In this document: positions 56,246 to 64,000 of the stretch, in pieces
Position numbering within the stretch: position 1 is the first letter of the stretch
How the letters are laid out: each line of letters begins with the position of its first letter
NCBI GenBank assembly: GCA_964619555.1
Contig: CAZUDV010000011.1
Coordinates: 38,971 to 102,970 of the forward strand
Source: an uncultured Bacteroidales bacterium
Lineage (GTDB): Bacteria > Bacteroidota > Bacteroidia > Bacteroidales > JAGOPY01
Reading direction: 5' to 3'
DNA: 64,000 nucleotides
The notes under the pieces: model-generated
The model's database searches: none
What the model saw: the letters and a program-made list of their open reading frames with translations, nothing else
What the model was told of the DNA's origin: nothing
Made by a program: the position numbers and the translations under genes

Positions 56246-56929
56246 CTATATTTTTCCCTTTGCATGGGCAATGTACTTGTCGATTTCCCTGCCTTCATTG
56301 CTGTTGGGGAACTCCTGTTTGATCCTTTCATAGAGTTTCAGGGCTTTGTTGTAATCGCCCATGACTTCGCAAGCCAAACCGGCTTTCATCAGGAACACAG
56401 GAGTGGTGAATTCGTTCTTGTTCATTTCGGCGGCATCCAGGTAATAATCCACGGCTTTCGATGCCTGGTCTTTTTCCAGATAAGCATCGCCCAGGGCGCC
56501 TTTTGCCATGGGCCCGACAACCTGGTCCTTCCCTTTGAATGATTTCAGGTGATCAATGGCTTCGTCAAAATTCCCCAGCCTGAGGTAACAGACACCTGCA
56601 TAATATTTAGCCAGGTTCGAGGCACTGGTCATGCTGTAATCATCTATGATACTGAGGAATCCGGGGTACATCCCGTCACCGTGCAGGGCAAGATTGAGAG
56701 AATCCATTCCGAAATACTGCTCGGCCATGAACATCTGTTCAAGGCCTTCCTGTTCCCTGGGGGCCTGGTAAAATCGCTTGAAGCCGAAAAATATCATAAC
56801 CACCACGACAATTGCACCAATTATGATCATGAGGATCTTCTGGTTCTGCTCGATAAATTTTTCGGTTTTACTCAGGGCCTCCTCAACTGCAACTATCCTG
56901 TCTTCTGTTTTATCCTGCTTTTTAGCCAT
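56246..56929 (-). CDS. Membrane-anchored tetratricopeptide-repeat protein (YfgM-like architecture)
   Basis: N-terminal TM helix ILMIIIGAIVVVVMIFFGF followed by TPR-like helices. I prefer the ATG at 56929 (MAKKQDK). Confidence 0.7.
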   Translation of the reverse strand: MAKKQDKTEDRIVAVEEALSKTEKFIEQNQKILMIIIGAIVVVVMIFFGFKRFYQAPREQEGLEQMFMAEQYFGMDSLNLALHGDGMYPGFLSIIDDYSMTSASNLAKYYAGVCYLRLGNFDEAIDHLKSFKGKDQVVGPMAKGALGDAYLEKDQASKAVDYYLDAAEMNKNEFTTPVFLMKAGLACEVMGDYNKALKLYERIKQEFPNSNEGREIDKYIAHAKGKI

Positions 56930-57047
56930 AAAAAGTCGTCTTTTTAATTCAGGGTGCAAAAGTAAATCTTTTTCTTGATTATCAATGAGACTGCAAAAGA
57001 ATTCCTATATTTGTTTTGAACTTAGTAATCACCAAACATATATTCTT

Positions 57048-57380
57048 ATGGGAAAAGGAGATAAGAAGTCAAGACGGGGTAAGATCCACATCGGATCATC
57101 CGGAGTCAGGAGACATCGGAAAAAGGCTCCGAGAAAGGCGGCCTTGCCAGTCATTACAGCCGAAGAACCAATTAAAAAGCCAAAGGCCCGGCCAGCCGGG
57201 AAACCAAAGCCTGTAGCGGCCGAAGCCCCGGAATTGCCGGAAATCAAGGCACCGGAAATTGTAGAGGCCGAAGCTCCCGAGGTTAAGGATACCAAACGTG
57301 CTCCAAAGAAAAAAGCACCCGCTAAAACAACAGCTAAAAAGACAAAAAAAGAGGATAAACCATCTGAACCGGCTGAATGA
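57048..57380 (+). CDS. THX-like small ribosomal protein with a long Lys/Ala/Pro/Glu-rich C-terminal extension
   Basis: The internal ATG at 57048 gives MGKGDKKSRRGKIHIGSSGVRRHRKK, the Bacteroidota THX-type N-terminus as I recall it. About 85 aa of low-complexity KAPE-rich tail follows. Confidence 0.55.
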   Translation: MGKGDKKSRRGKIHIGSSGVRRHRKKAPRKAALPVITAEEPIKKPKARPAGKPKPVAAEAPELPEIKAPEIVEAEAPEVKDTKRAPKKKAPAKTTAKKTKKEDKPSEPAE

Positions 57381-57426
57381 TAGATCATTTGACGTCTTAA
57401 GGTTTTCCTTTCAACATGGCAGGGAG

Positions 57427-58806
57427 CTACAGGTTCCTTGCCATTTTTTTAAAAACATTCCCCCTTTCCTCAAAGTTCTTGAAAATGTCGTAAGAAGCTG
57501 CCGCAGGTGAAAGCAGGCAAATCTTGCCTGGGCTTGTTATCTCAGGAATGATCCGGAAAGCTTCTTCCAGGTCTCCTACCAGATGAAACTGTTTCTCCGG
57601 TATGGGTCTTAGACGGAACAAATCGAGCATTCTCAGTCCCGCCTGGCCCAGAAGGATGAAGTTCTTTACCTTCGATCCACAGAGGAAATCGACCAGTTGA
57701 CCGTATTCAAGTCCTCTGTCATACCCGCCCAGGATAATAGTTTCAGTGTCCGGAAGGGATTTAACGGCGGCTATGGCTGCCTCCGGAATGGTAGCGATGG
57801 AATCGTTGAAGAATAGGATATCCCTGAACCTGCCAACGTATTCAAGCCTGTGTTCCAGCCCCCTGAAAGTTTTCAATCCATTCCTGATGTCAGCATCTCC
57901 CGTTCCGGCACTCTTCGCCGCAAGTACCGCAGCCATCATATTCATCCGGTTATGACTGCCCCGTAAGGCAAACTGCTCATCAAACCGGACCCATTCAACA
58001 GGGATGCCATTTTCATTATAAATTACAGTATCTCCTGAAAGGTAGCAGCCGTTATCTACCGGTATGCCGGCTGAAAATGACAGGAATTTCCTTTCCGGTC
58101 CCAGTCCCGTCAACCGGTGGGCTATTTCAGGGATGTCCCCGTTGTAGATGAATGTGTCACCGTCCTGTTGGCCTGACAGGATCTTCATCTTAGCATTATA
58201 ATAGGATTCCAGCGAGGGATACCGGTCAAGGTGCTCCGGGAAAAGATTGAGCAGCACAGCGATATGCGGTGCCTGTAGTGTGTCTTCCAGCATATGGGAG
58301 CTGAGCTCGTAAACGATCTTCGTCTCAGGGTTTATTTTTTCGATATGGTCGAAGGGAGGTGTGCCGATATTTCCCACCAGGATCGTGTCCTTACCGGCTT
58401 CTTTCAAAATATGATGGATCAGGCTGGAAGTGGTGCTCTTTCCTTTTGTCCCGGTAACCCCGATGATCTGCCTGTTAAAGGCTTTCAGCATCAGCCCAGT
58501 CTGGCTGGTGATTTTTCCGTATATGGTGCCGTGCATTTCCTGAGGCAGCCCTACTCCCGGGCTTTTAATGACCAGCTCATAATGTTGTACGGCCTGAAGA
58601 TAATCGCCGCCTGTATGGAATTCTACCTTTTCTCCGGGAAATCCGGCCATAAATAATTCCTCCACCCCGGGATCCCTGTCTGCAATCCCGATAAGAAGCG
58701 GTTTGTAATTCCGCCGGATGAACCGAAAGGTCGAATGCCCTTCTTTTCCAAATCCAAGGATAAGAATTGATGAGATTCCCGACAATTCTTTATGGAGCTC
58801 AGTCAT
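57427..58806 (-). CDS. murD: MurD-family UDP-N-acetylmuramoyl-L-alanine--glutamate ligase (possible MurD2 type)
   Basis: 459 aa. ILGFGKEG, GVTGTKGKSTTSSL, RGSHN and LSPAAASYDIFKNFEERGNVF align with E. coli MurD along the whole length. It is not in a dcw context and overlaps the upstream gene by 8 nt. Confidence 0.85.
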   Translation of the reverse strand: MTELHKELSGISSILILGFGKEGHSTFRFIRRNYKPLLIGIADRDPGVEELFMAGFPGEKVEFHTGGDYLQAVQHYELVIKSPGVGLPQEMHGTIYGKITSQTGLMLKAFNRQIIGVTGTKGKSTTSSLIHHILKEAGKDTILVGNIGTPPFDHIEKINPETKIVYELSSHMLEDTLQAPHIAVLLNLFPEHLDRYPSLESYYNAKMKILSGQQDGDTFIYNGDIPEIAHRLTGLGPERKFLSFSAGIPVDNGCYLSGDTVIYNENGIPVEWVRFDEQFALRGSHNRMNMMAAVLAAKSAGTGDADIRNGLKTFRGLEHRLEYVGRFRDILFFNDSIATIPEAAIAAVKSLPDTETIILGGYDRGLEYGQLVDFLCGSKVKNFILLGQAGLRMLDLFRLRPIPEKQFHLVGDLEEAFRIIPEITSPGKICLLSPAAASYDIFKNFEERGNVFKKMARNL

Positions 58807-60184
58807 TTGAGATCAGGTGGAAGAGTTTCAGATATTTAGCAGGTACAAAATGGTCCGTGTGCTGTGGCACTTTCAGCCTGGGCAACGGGGCAGGTCTCAA
58901 GGATTTTCTTTTACCGGACGCATAATATTCCAGGAGAAAAGGGAGTGGTTGACCTTGGTATCTTTCAATTAATGACGTGAGTGCCAGGTTGACCTCTTCG
59001 ACAGTGCCGATGCACTCGAACGGCTTTGTTTCGGCATTACCGGTCAGTTCATCCAAAATACCCTGCAATTCAGGGTCGTCAAACAGATTCCTTCCGAATA
59101 ATCGGATCAACCTGTCCGGGTCGATGTAGGGCGAAAGAATAATATACGTAAACAGGCATTTCGGGCATTTTCCGCACCAGGTGTCAGTTTTACTGCCTGC
59201 GTTGCAACTTTTAAAATGCCCGAAGAAATGAGGCATCCGGCTGAAAAACCCGGCGATCTGCAGTTCTGTCAATGGCCGTAAAAGGCTGAAATAATTGAAA
59301 CCGGGACTGATAAACTGACGGCAGTAATTCCTGAAATCATACTCGAATTCAAAGGATTTGGAATACTGGTGATTGATGGTCGTTCCGGGAATGGTTGGCT
59401 CACTGGCGCTGCTTTCATTGGACAGGATGATATCGGATCGCCCTGTCAGATAAGCTACCAGCAAGGAATAGAAAGCCAGGAGCGCCGAGAACGGGGTATG
59501 GCCGTTCAGGTAACCCGCCCGGTTAAGCTCCAGCAGCAAAGGATCAATTTGCCGGTTTATAATAACTGTCTCATTATCAGAAGAACCCGCGGCCAGGATG
59601 ACCTGCCGGGTAGCTTCCCTGGGATTGATCACCATGGGTACCCAGTCGATGGCTCCCTTTTGCATTAAACCTGCCGTAACAGCCGAATCTTTACCTCCGC
59701 CGACCGGAACTATGGGCTTTTCCGGCAATTCTGCTGAAAAAGCAGGGTAATCCGCTGTGCCGGCAGGTACTAGGTCCATGAAAGTGTTTTCATCCGCCGG
59801 TATGGAGTTCGTGTAGAAGAACTCTCCGAGGCCGTTGAAATACAGTTTTTTCCAGAACGATACCTGCGAAGCTGTCAAATCGGCGGATTTTATGCGGACA
59901 AGTGGAGGACAGGCGGCTTTCCAGTAACTGATAAGCTCCATCATCCCGATGTGGAATACCAGGTTGTCGAGATCGGAAGCAGACAGCTCATTATATTTCC
60001 TGAACAATCTGTCGTTCCATGAAATCCTTGCATGCGGGCGGAATTGGATTTCATCCGACAGCCTGAAATGAAAATCCAGATCGAACGATCTCCCGTCATA
60101 TTTATAATTAAAGGACTCATAGCAAAACAAAGGATGTATTTTCCTCAATTCTTCGAATCCGGAAAAGTTGTTCATCCTTTGCAT
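58799..60184 (-). CDS. PP-loop-like ATP-utilising protein, candidate MurL (UDP-MurNAc-L-Ala-L-Glu epimerase)
   Basis: About 461 aa. VPVGGGKDSAVT (PP-loop-like) and a CGKCPKC motif. Translationally overlapped with the MurD-family gene. I prefer the ATG at 60184 (or 60175) over the listed TTG at 60220. The functional call rests on context only. Confidence 0.5.
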   Translation of the reverse strand: MQRMNNFSGFEELRKIHPLFCYESFNYKYDGRSFDLDFHFRLSDEIQFRPHARISWNDRLFRKYNELSASDLDNLVFHIGMMELISYWKAACPPLVRIKSADLTASQVSFWKKLYFNGLGEFFYTNSIPADENTFMDLVPAGTADYPAFSAELPEKPIVPVGGGKDSAVTAGLMQKGAIDWVPMVINPREATRQVILAAGSSDNETVIINRQIDPLLLELNRAGYLNGHTPFSALLAFYSLLVAYLTGRSDIILSNESSASEPTIPGTTINHQYSKSFEFEYDFRNYCRQFISPGFNYFSLLRPLTELQIAGFFSRMPHFFGHFKSCNAGSKTDTWCGKCPKCLFTYIILSPYIDPDRLIRLFGRNLFDDPELQGILDELTGNAETKPFECIGTVEEVNLALTSLIERYQGQPLPFLLEYYASGKRKSLRPAPLPRLKVPQHTDHFVPAKYLKLFHLISND

Positions 60185-60258
60185 TAACTGTGGTATTATT
60201 TTTGTATTTTTAAAATTCAAAAGTAATCATTTCGGGTCTTCCCGGGAATACTGCAAAG

Positions 60259-60849
60259 ATGAAAGATTTGTATGACCTTTTAAAGATCAGGACCAACAAC
60301 GTGAAGCCGGCTCGTGGAAAGATCCTCATTTCGGAGCCTTTCCTGTGGGACTATTTTTTTAAAAGGTCAGTGGTGTTACTGGCTGAGCACAATGAAGAAG
60401 GGACCTTCGGGGTGATCATCAATAAACCCATTAAAGCCAGCTTCAATGAAGTGGTAAAGGACTTTCCCCAGTTTCAAAGCAAGGTTTACCTTGGTGGCCC
60501 GGTTCAGAGTGACAGCCTGTTCTTCATCCATACCATGGGCGAGCAGATAGATAACAGTGTTGAAATCATTCCTGGAATATACTGGGGAGGGGACATTGAG
60601 AGGGTGCGTGAAATGATAGAACTGGACATTATCCAGCCTCCGCAGATCCGGTTTTTTATCGGTTATTCCGGATGGGCACCGAAGCAGCTGGACGATGAAT
60701 TGCTCCGGAATTCCTGGCTGGTTTCGCACATTTCCGCACACGACCTGCTGACCGGCAATCCAAAAATGCTCTGGAGCCGTTCCTTAAGGCGCCTTGGTAA
60801 GGAATATGCCCACTGGAACAATTTTCCCGATGATCCTTCTTTAAACTGA
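60259..60849 (+). CDS. YqgE/AlgH family protein (UPF0301)
   Basis: 196 aa. GKILISEPFLWDYFFKRSVVLLAEHNEEGTFGVIINKP and GGPV blocks. Confidence 0.85.
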   Translation: MKDLYDLLKIRTNNVKPARGKILISEPFLWDYFFKRSVVLLAEHNEEGTFGVIINKPIKASFNEVVKDFPQFQSKVYLGGPVQSDSLFFIHTMGEQIDNSVEIIPGIYWGGDIERVREMIELDIIQPPQIRFFIGYSGWAPKQLDDELLRNSWLVSHISAHDLLTGNPKMLWSRSLRRLGKEYAHWNNFPDDPSLN

Positions 60850-60857
60850 CAGATAGT

Positions 60858-61451
60858 ATGCAGGAGATGTGGAACCAGCGCTTTGCCGCTGAAGAATACT
60901 ATTATGGACGTCACCCTAATCCTTATTTCCAGCAGAAGATCGATGGACTGGAACCCGGAAGACTCCTGATGCCAGCGGAAGGCGAGGGCAGGAATGCGGT
61001 GTATGCCGCTGGTTTGGGATGGGATGTCACCGCTGTCGATTTCAGTGAGGAAGGACGGAAGAAAGCACTGAAATTAGCGGAGGAAAACAATGTCACGATT
61101 CAGTACAGGGTTGAGGATGTCGTTCAGGCCCGTTTTATTCCCGATCATTTCGACGTCATCGGATTGATCTATTTCCATTTGTACCCGGAAATCCGTGGAT
61201 CTGTGCATAAAAAGCTTGCCAGGAGCCTGAAACCAGGCGGATTGATCATACTGGAGGCATTTAATAAAAAGCAGTTAAGAAATGAAAGTGGCGGTCCGAA
61301 AAAGGAGGAAATGCTTTACGATATAAAGATGATATCGAATGATTTTTCGGAGTTCCAAATCCTTGAACTGGCTGAATATCATTTACTTCTTGAGGCTGGT
61401 GACGGCCACAAAGGACATGCGGACGTTATCCGCTTTTTCGGAAGGAAATAA
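60858..61451 (+). CDS. Class I SAM-dependent methyltransferase
   Basis: 197 aa. LLMPAEGEGRNAVYAAGLGWDVTAVDFSE and LKPGGLIILEAF. Confidence 0.8.
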   Translation: MQEMWNQRFAAEEYYYGRHPNPYFQQKIDGLEPGRLLMPAEGEGRNAVYAAGLGWDVTAVDFSEEGRKKALKLAEENNVTIQYRVEDVVQARFIPDHFDVIGLIYFHLYPEIRGSVHKKLARSLKPGGLIILEAFNKKQLRNESGGPKKEEMLYDIKMISNDFSEFQILELAEYHLLLEAGDGHKGHADVIRFFGRK

Positions 61452-61482
61452 AAATAAGGTAATTTTACCAAAACTCCAGATT

Positions 61483-62778
61483 TTGAAAACCGGAAGCATT
61501 AGATTCATCCTCAGTATTTTATTGATTCCTGCTTGCCTTGGGGCTTCAGCCCAGCTGATGCAGTTTCAGCAGGCCAAGAAGCATTTTATGGACGGCCAGT
61601 ACCACAAAGCCCTGGAGTATTTCAACCAAACCATCAGCCAGGAGCGGTCAGGAAATACAGAATTACTGACAGAAGCATATTATCTCAGGGGACTGACCTA
61701 CATCCGGTTACATGGCGAAGCATTTATGGGCGATGATACGGGGGAACAGAAGCGGTTTGAAGACGCACTGCTGTCAGCTTACAGGGATTTCAAATCGAGT
61801 CTGGGGTATGATAATGGTTCCTATTGGAAAAAGATTGACCTGGAAATCAAAAACCTTCACCATGCCCTTTTGCAGGAAGGATTGAAATCGCTGAACGAAT
61901 ACAATGACCTGGTTTACAACGGAAAACCCGATCCTTCCAGGTTGAAAAGAGCTGAAGATTACCTGCTGGCCACGCATGAAATCCGTGACAGTTACCTGGT
62001 AAATGATCTACTGGGGCAGGTTTGCCTGGATAAAGGTATGAAATCCGAAGCCAGATCTTATTTCCTGAAAGCCTCGCAATTGTATAACGAAAAACTGCCT
62101 GACGAGCCAGATTTTTTAATGGCTTATGTGTATTACAGGCTGGCGGCGATCGATAAGCCCGATAGCATCCGGATTGCCATGCAAAACGTGGAAAGGGGAA
62201 TAAGGCTTGTGCAAAGTGAATATGACCGGTTCCGGTTCATGAAGGATAAGCTGAGCGAAACCAGGGTGACTGAAATGGAAAGCCAATACGAACTGGCCAT
62301 GCATGATCTGAACAGCATAAAGCTCGACCTGTATTTGAGCGACCAGGATCTTTACATCGAAGCATTGCATGTTTTTGAAGAACAGTTGCTTGCAGATCCG
62401 GACAATACCGACTTACTGGCAGGATATGCCTCCCTGCTGGAAAGGTCGGACCGCGCAAAAGCCATTGAGACTTATGAGAAAATTTTGAGCATGGATCCTG
62501 GCCATCCGCTGGCATTGTTCAATACCGGCGCCCTGTATTACAGCAAAGGCAAAGAACTGTTTGATCTGGCACAGGATGAAAAAGACTCCCGGCAGTTCCA
62601 GATCCTGGCCGATGAAGCCATTGCAGACTTTGAACAAGCCAGGCCCTATTTTGAGAAAGCCCTGGAAGCCGATCCTGAATCGCTGGAAGCAGTCCTTGCC
62701 CTGAAAACCATCGCCTTCATTCTTGATGACAAGGAAGCCTACTTGAAATATCAGAACCTGGAAAAAACTCTGCAGTAA
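61483..62778 (+). CDS. Secreted tetratricopeptide-repeat protein
   Basis: TPR-like helices throughout. The listed start at 61339 overlaps the preceding gene by 113 nt. A TTG at 61483 yields a good signal peptide (LKTGSIRFILSILLIPACLGASAQ). The start remains uncertain, with the ATG at 61417 as an alternative. Confidence 0.65.
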   Translation: MKTGSIRFILSILLIPACLGASAQLMQFQQAKKHFMDGQYHKALEYFNQTISQERSGNTELLTEAYYLRGLTYIRLHGEAFMGDDTGEQKRFEDALLSAYRDFKSSLGYDNGSYWKKIDLEIKNLHHALLQEGLKSLNEYNDLVYNGKPDPSRLKRAEDYLLATHEIRDSYLVNDLLGQVCLDKGMKSEARSYFLKASQLYNEKLPDEPDFLMAYVYYRLAAIDKPDSIRIAMQNVERGIRLVQSEYDRFRFMKDKLSETRVTEMESQYELAMHDLNSIKLDLYLSDQDLYIEALHVFEEQLLADPDNTDLLAGYASLLERSDRAKAIETYEKILSMDPGHPLALFNTGALYYSKGKELFDLAQDEKDSRQFQILADEAIADFEQARPYFEKALEADPESLEAVLALKTIAFILDDKEAYLKYQNLEKTLQ

Positions 62779-62782
62779 TAAA

Positions 62783-62807
62783 GGTGCGGACTACGCACCC
62801 GGTTTTG
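62783..62807 (+). terminator. Candidate terminator GGTGCG gacta CGCACC followed by cggTTTTg
   Basis: 6-bp GC-rich stem read directly, 5 nt after the TPR gene stop. Confidence 0.45.
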
Positions 62808-62905
62808 TTAAATATCTGTTAAATAGTATATTAGCTGTTGACTTGGAGCTAATTTGAATGTACTTTCATCGGTTATTTTTCATTAACAATCATAAAATCA
62901 AACCT

Positions 62906-64000
62906 ATGAAAAGCACATTAACAGCTGTTAAATTAATTTGGGCGATCACGATACTGGCCTTGGCCGTCGTTCCCAATTCCGGCATTTTCAGCCAGGATTC
63001 AGCCATTCCGTCGCAAATCCAGGTATCGGCCACAGGTACCGGAAAGACTACCGGGCATATTATGGATGTGACCTTTGTGAATCCAACAGGTCAAAAGGTC
63101 AAAGTTGATGTCGGAGCCTGCTATATTCCTTCGTCAGGTCAATACCAGCCGTACATCATACCCCGGCTGGCCAGCATCACCGTACCTGCCAACGGTCAGC
63201 TGACTGTTCCGGTCAACGGTTATTGTGCCGATATTCACAAGCCACCGGTGCCCATGGGGGAGAGTATTGTACCGGTAGAAAAGTGGGTCATGCCGGAACC
63301 CCTGGCGCAAAACTGGAAGCCCCTGGCAGCCAACGGATGGACCCCATCGGGAGGTGGCATGGCAACTATTCCGGGGACGGATGTTCCGCTCGGTTACCGC
63401 ATCGATATCAATCAGCATCCTGAAGAGGTGGCTCCCGTGATGCTGGAAGCTATCAACAGGATTTCCAAAACATTTGGGGAGCTCCAGGGGTCAGGCAAGA
63501 TCTCCACGCCTTTCAGCGGGAATGCTGAAAAGGAGAGAGAATCCGTTATCCAGCAGACATTCTGGATCTATACCAGCGAACTCACCGGCCAGCCTTATAA
63601 GGTGCAGGATTTCGCCACCAATACGGCAGAACAGTATGAAGCAACGTCAGGGAAGAAACTGAAAGACTTAACCCCGCCTGAACAGGACCAGATGGTGAGC
63701 GGCATTGCCGATTTCTGGGGTACCTTCCAGGCTGTCGGGGCCCAGGCGAAAGTGCTGGAATCCGGGACAAAACCGCCTGAGGACGTGCAATTCGGGTTCT
63801 GGACCGACATCAAGGACTGGTTGTTTGCCCCCGATTACTCCAAGGTTAAAAAGGCTGATGATTTCGATAATTTCCGCAGGACCAAATACGACAAATATGA
63901 GGAAGAACGGGCAATCAACAAGAAATCCCATGAGGATGCCTGCAAAGCCATCGGTATCGATTCAGACAGTGATTTTGCGGATGCCTGCAAACGGGTTTAC
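62906..64000 (+). CDS. Secreted hypothetical protein, 3'-truncated by window edge (absent from the supplied ORF track)
   Basis: I translated frame 2 from the ATG at 62906 to base 64000 by hand and found 365 codons with no stop. The N-terminus MKSTLTAVKLIWAITILALAVVPNSGIFSQD looks like a signal peptide. No family recognised. Confidence 0.6.
   Translation, partial: MKSTLTAVKLIWAITILALAVVPNSGIFSQDSAIPSQIQVSATGTGKTTGHIMDVTFVNPTGQKVKVDVGACYIPSSGQYQPYIIPRLASITVPANGQLTVPVNGYCADIHKPPVPMGESIVPVEKWVMPEPLAQNWKPLAANGWTPSGGGMATIPGTDVPLGYRIDINQHPEEVAPVMLEAINRISKTFGELQGSGKISTPFSGNAEKERESVIQQTFWIYTSELTGQPYKVQDFATNTAEQYEATSGKKLKDLTPPEQDQMVSGIADFWGTFQAVGAQAKVLESGTKPPEDVQFGFWTDIKDWLFAPDYSKVKKADDFDNFRRTKYDKYEEERAINKKSHEDACKAIGIDSDSDFADACKRVY

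Noticed and set aside
61339-61482. Listed N-terminal extension of the TPR gene overlapping the methyltransferase gene by 113 nt
   Set aside because: The overlap is implausibly long. A downstream TTG at 61483 gives a canonical signal peptide, so the extension is probably not translated.
1-64000. Defence systems, prophage, integrative elements, toxin-antitoxin pairs, rRNA/tRNA genes
   Set aside because: I found no integrase, transposase, recombinase, nuclease/helicase defence pair, capsid or terminase-like ORF, and no tRNA-like sequence in the intergenic spacers I read. The absence is by eye only and should be confirmed with tRNAscan, Infernal and defence-system HMMs.

Overview
This 64-kb window is a dense chromosomal segment that reads as Bacteroidota. 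The indicators are T9SS C-terminal sorting domains, a 287-aa primary sigma factor, TAnnTTTG-type promoter motifs, a eukaryote-type GT3 glycogen synthase and a THX-like ribosomal protein. I support about 58 protein-coding genes. I recognised no rRNA, tRNA, CRISPR array, transposase, integrase or phage module.

Gene content, left to right:
- A glycogen locus: debranching enzyme (5'-truncated by the window edge), GT4, GH57, and a 1413-aa GT3 synthase::GT35 phosphorylase fusion.
- fabG, a large membrane protein, an M48 peptidase, an ABC-2 exporter pair and slyD.
- An ATGA-coupled trio: LMW-PTP, PLP dehydratase and a TP-methylase-family enzyme.
- An AT-richer block of three T9SS cargo genes: two tandem BNR paralogs and a 1134-aa papain-like/beta-helix/TPR protein.
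- dnaA, yigZ, a sucrose-phosphate-synthase-like GT4 coupled to a uridine-kinase-like kinase, and prmC.
- galM with a Na+/sugar symporter, pepD, rpe, rpoD, pnp and rpsO.
- A TetR-led six-gene envelope-spanning Lol/MacB-like operon.
- MscS, a lipid kinase, recQ, a 3-methyladenine glycosylase, HU and fmt.
- A MurD-family ligase overlapping a PP-loop-like protein, which is a candidate MurD2/MurL pair.
- AlgH/YqgE, a methyltransferase, a TPR protein, and an unlisted open-ended secreted ORF at the 3' edge.

Most of the window is ordinary housekeeping. I did not find an obvious defence or mobile system. The items most worth a second look are:
- the candidate MurD2/MurL pair;
- the TetR-controlled Lol-like operon with its own LolA-like protein and beta-barrel;
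- the synthase-phosphorylase fusion;
- a secreted protein with a possible C1q/TNF-like C-terminus;
- the SPS-like GT plus kinase pair;
- recurrent tandem GAAMTTT heptamer arrays abutting start codons.

All functional calls come from motif recognition by eye. No searches were run.
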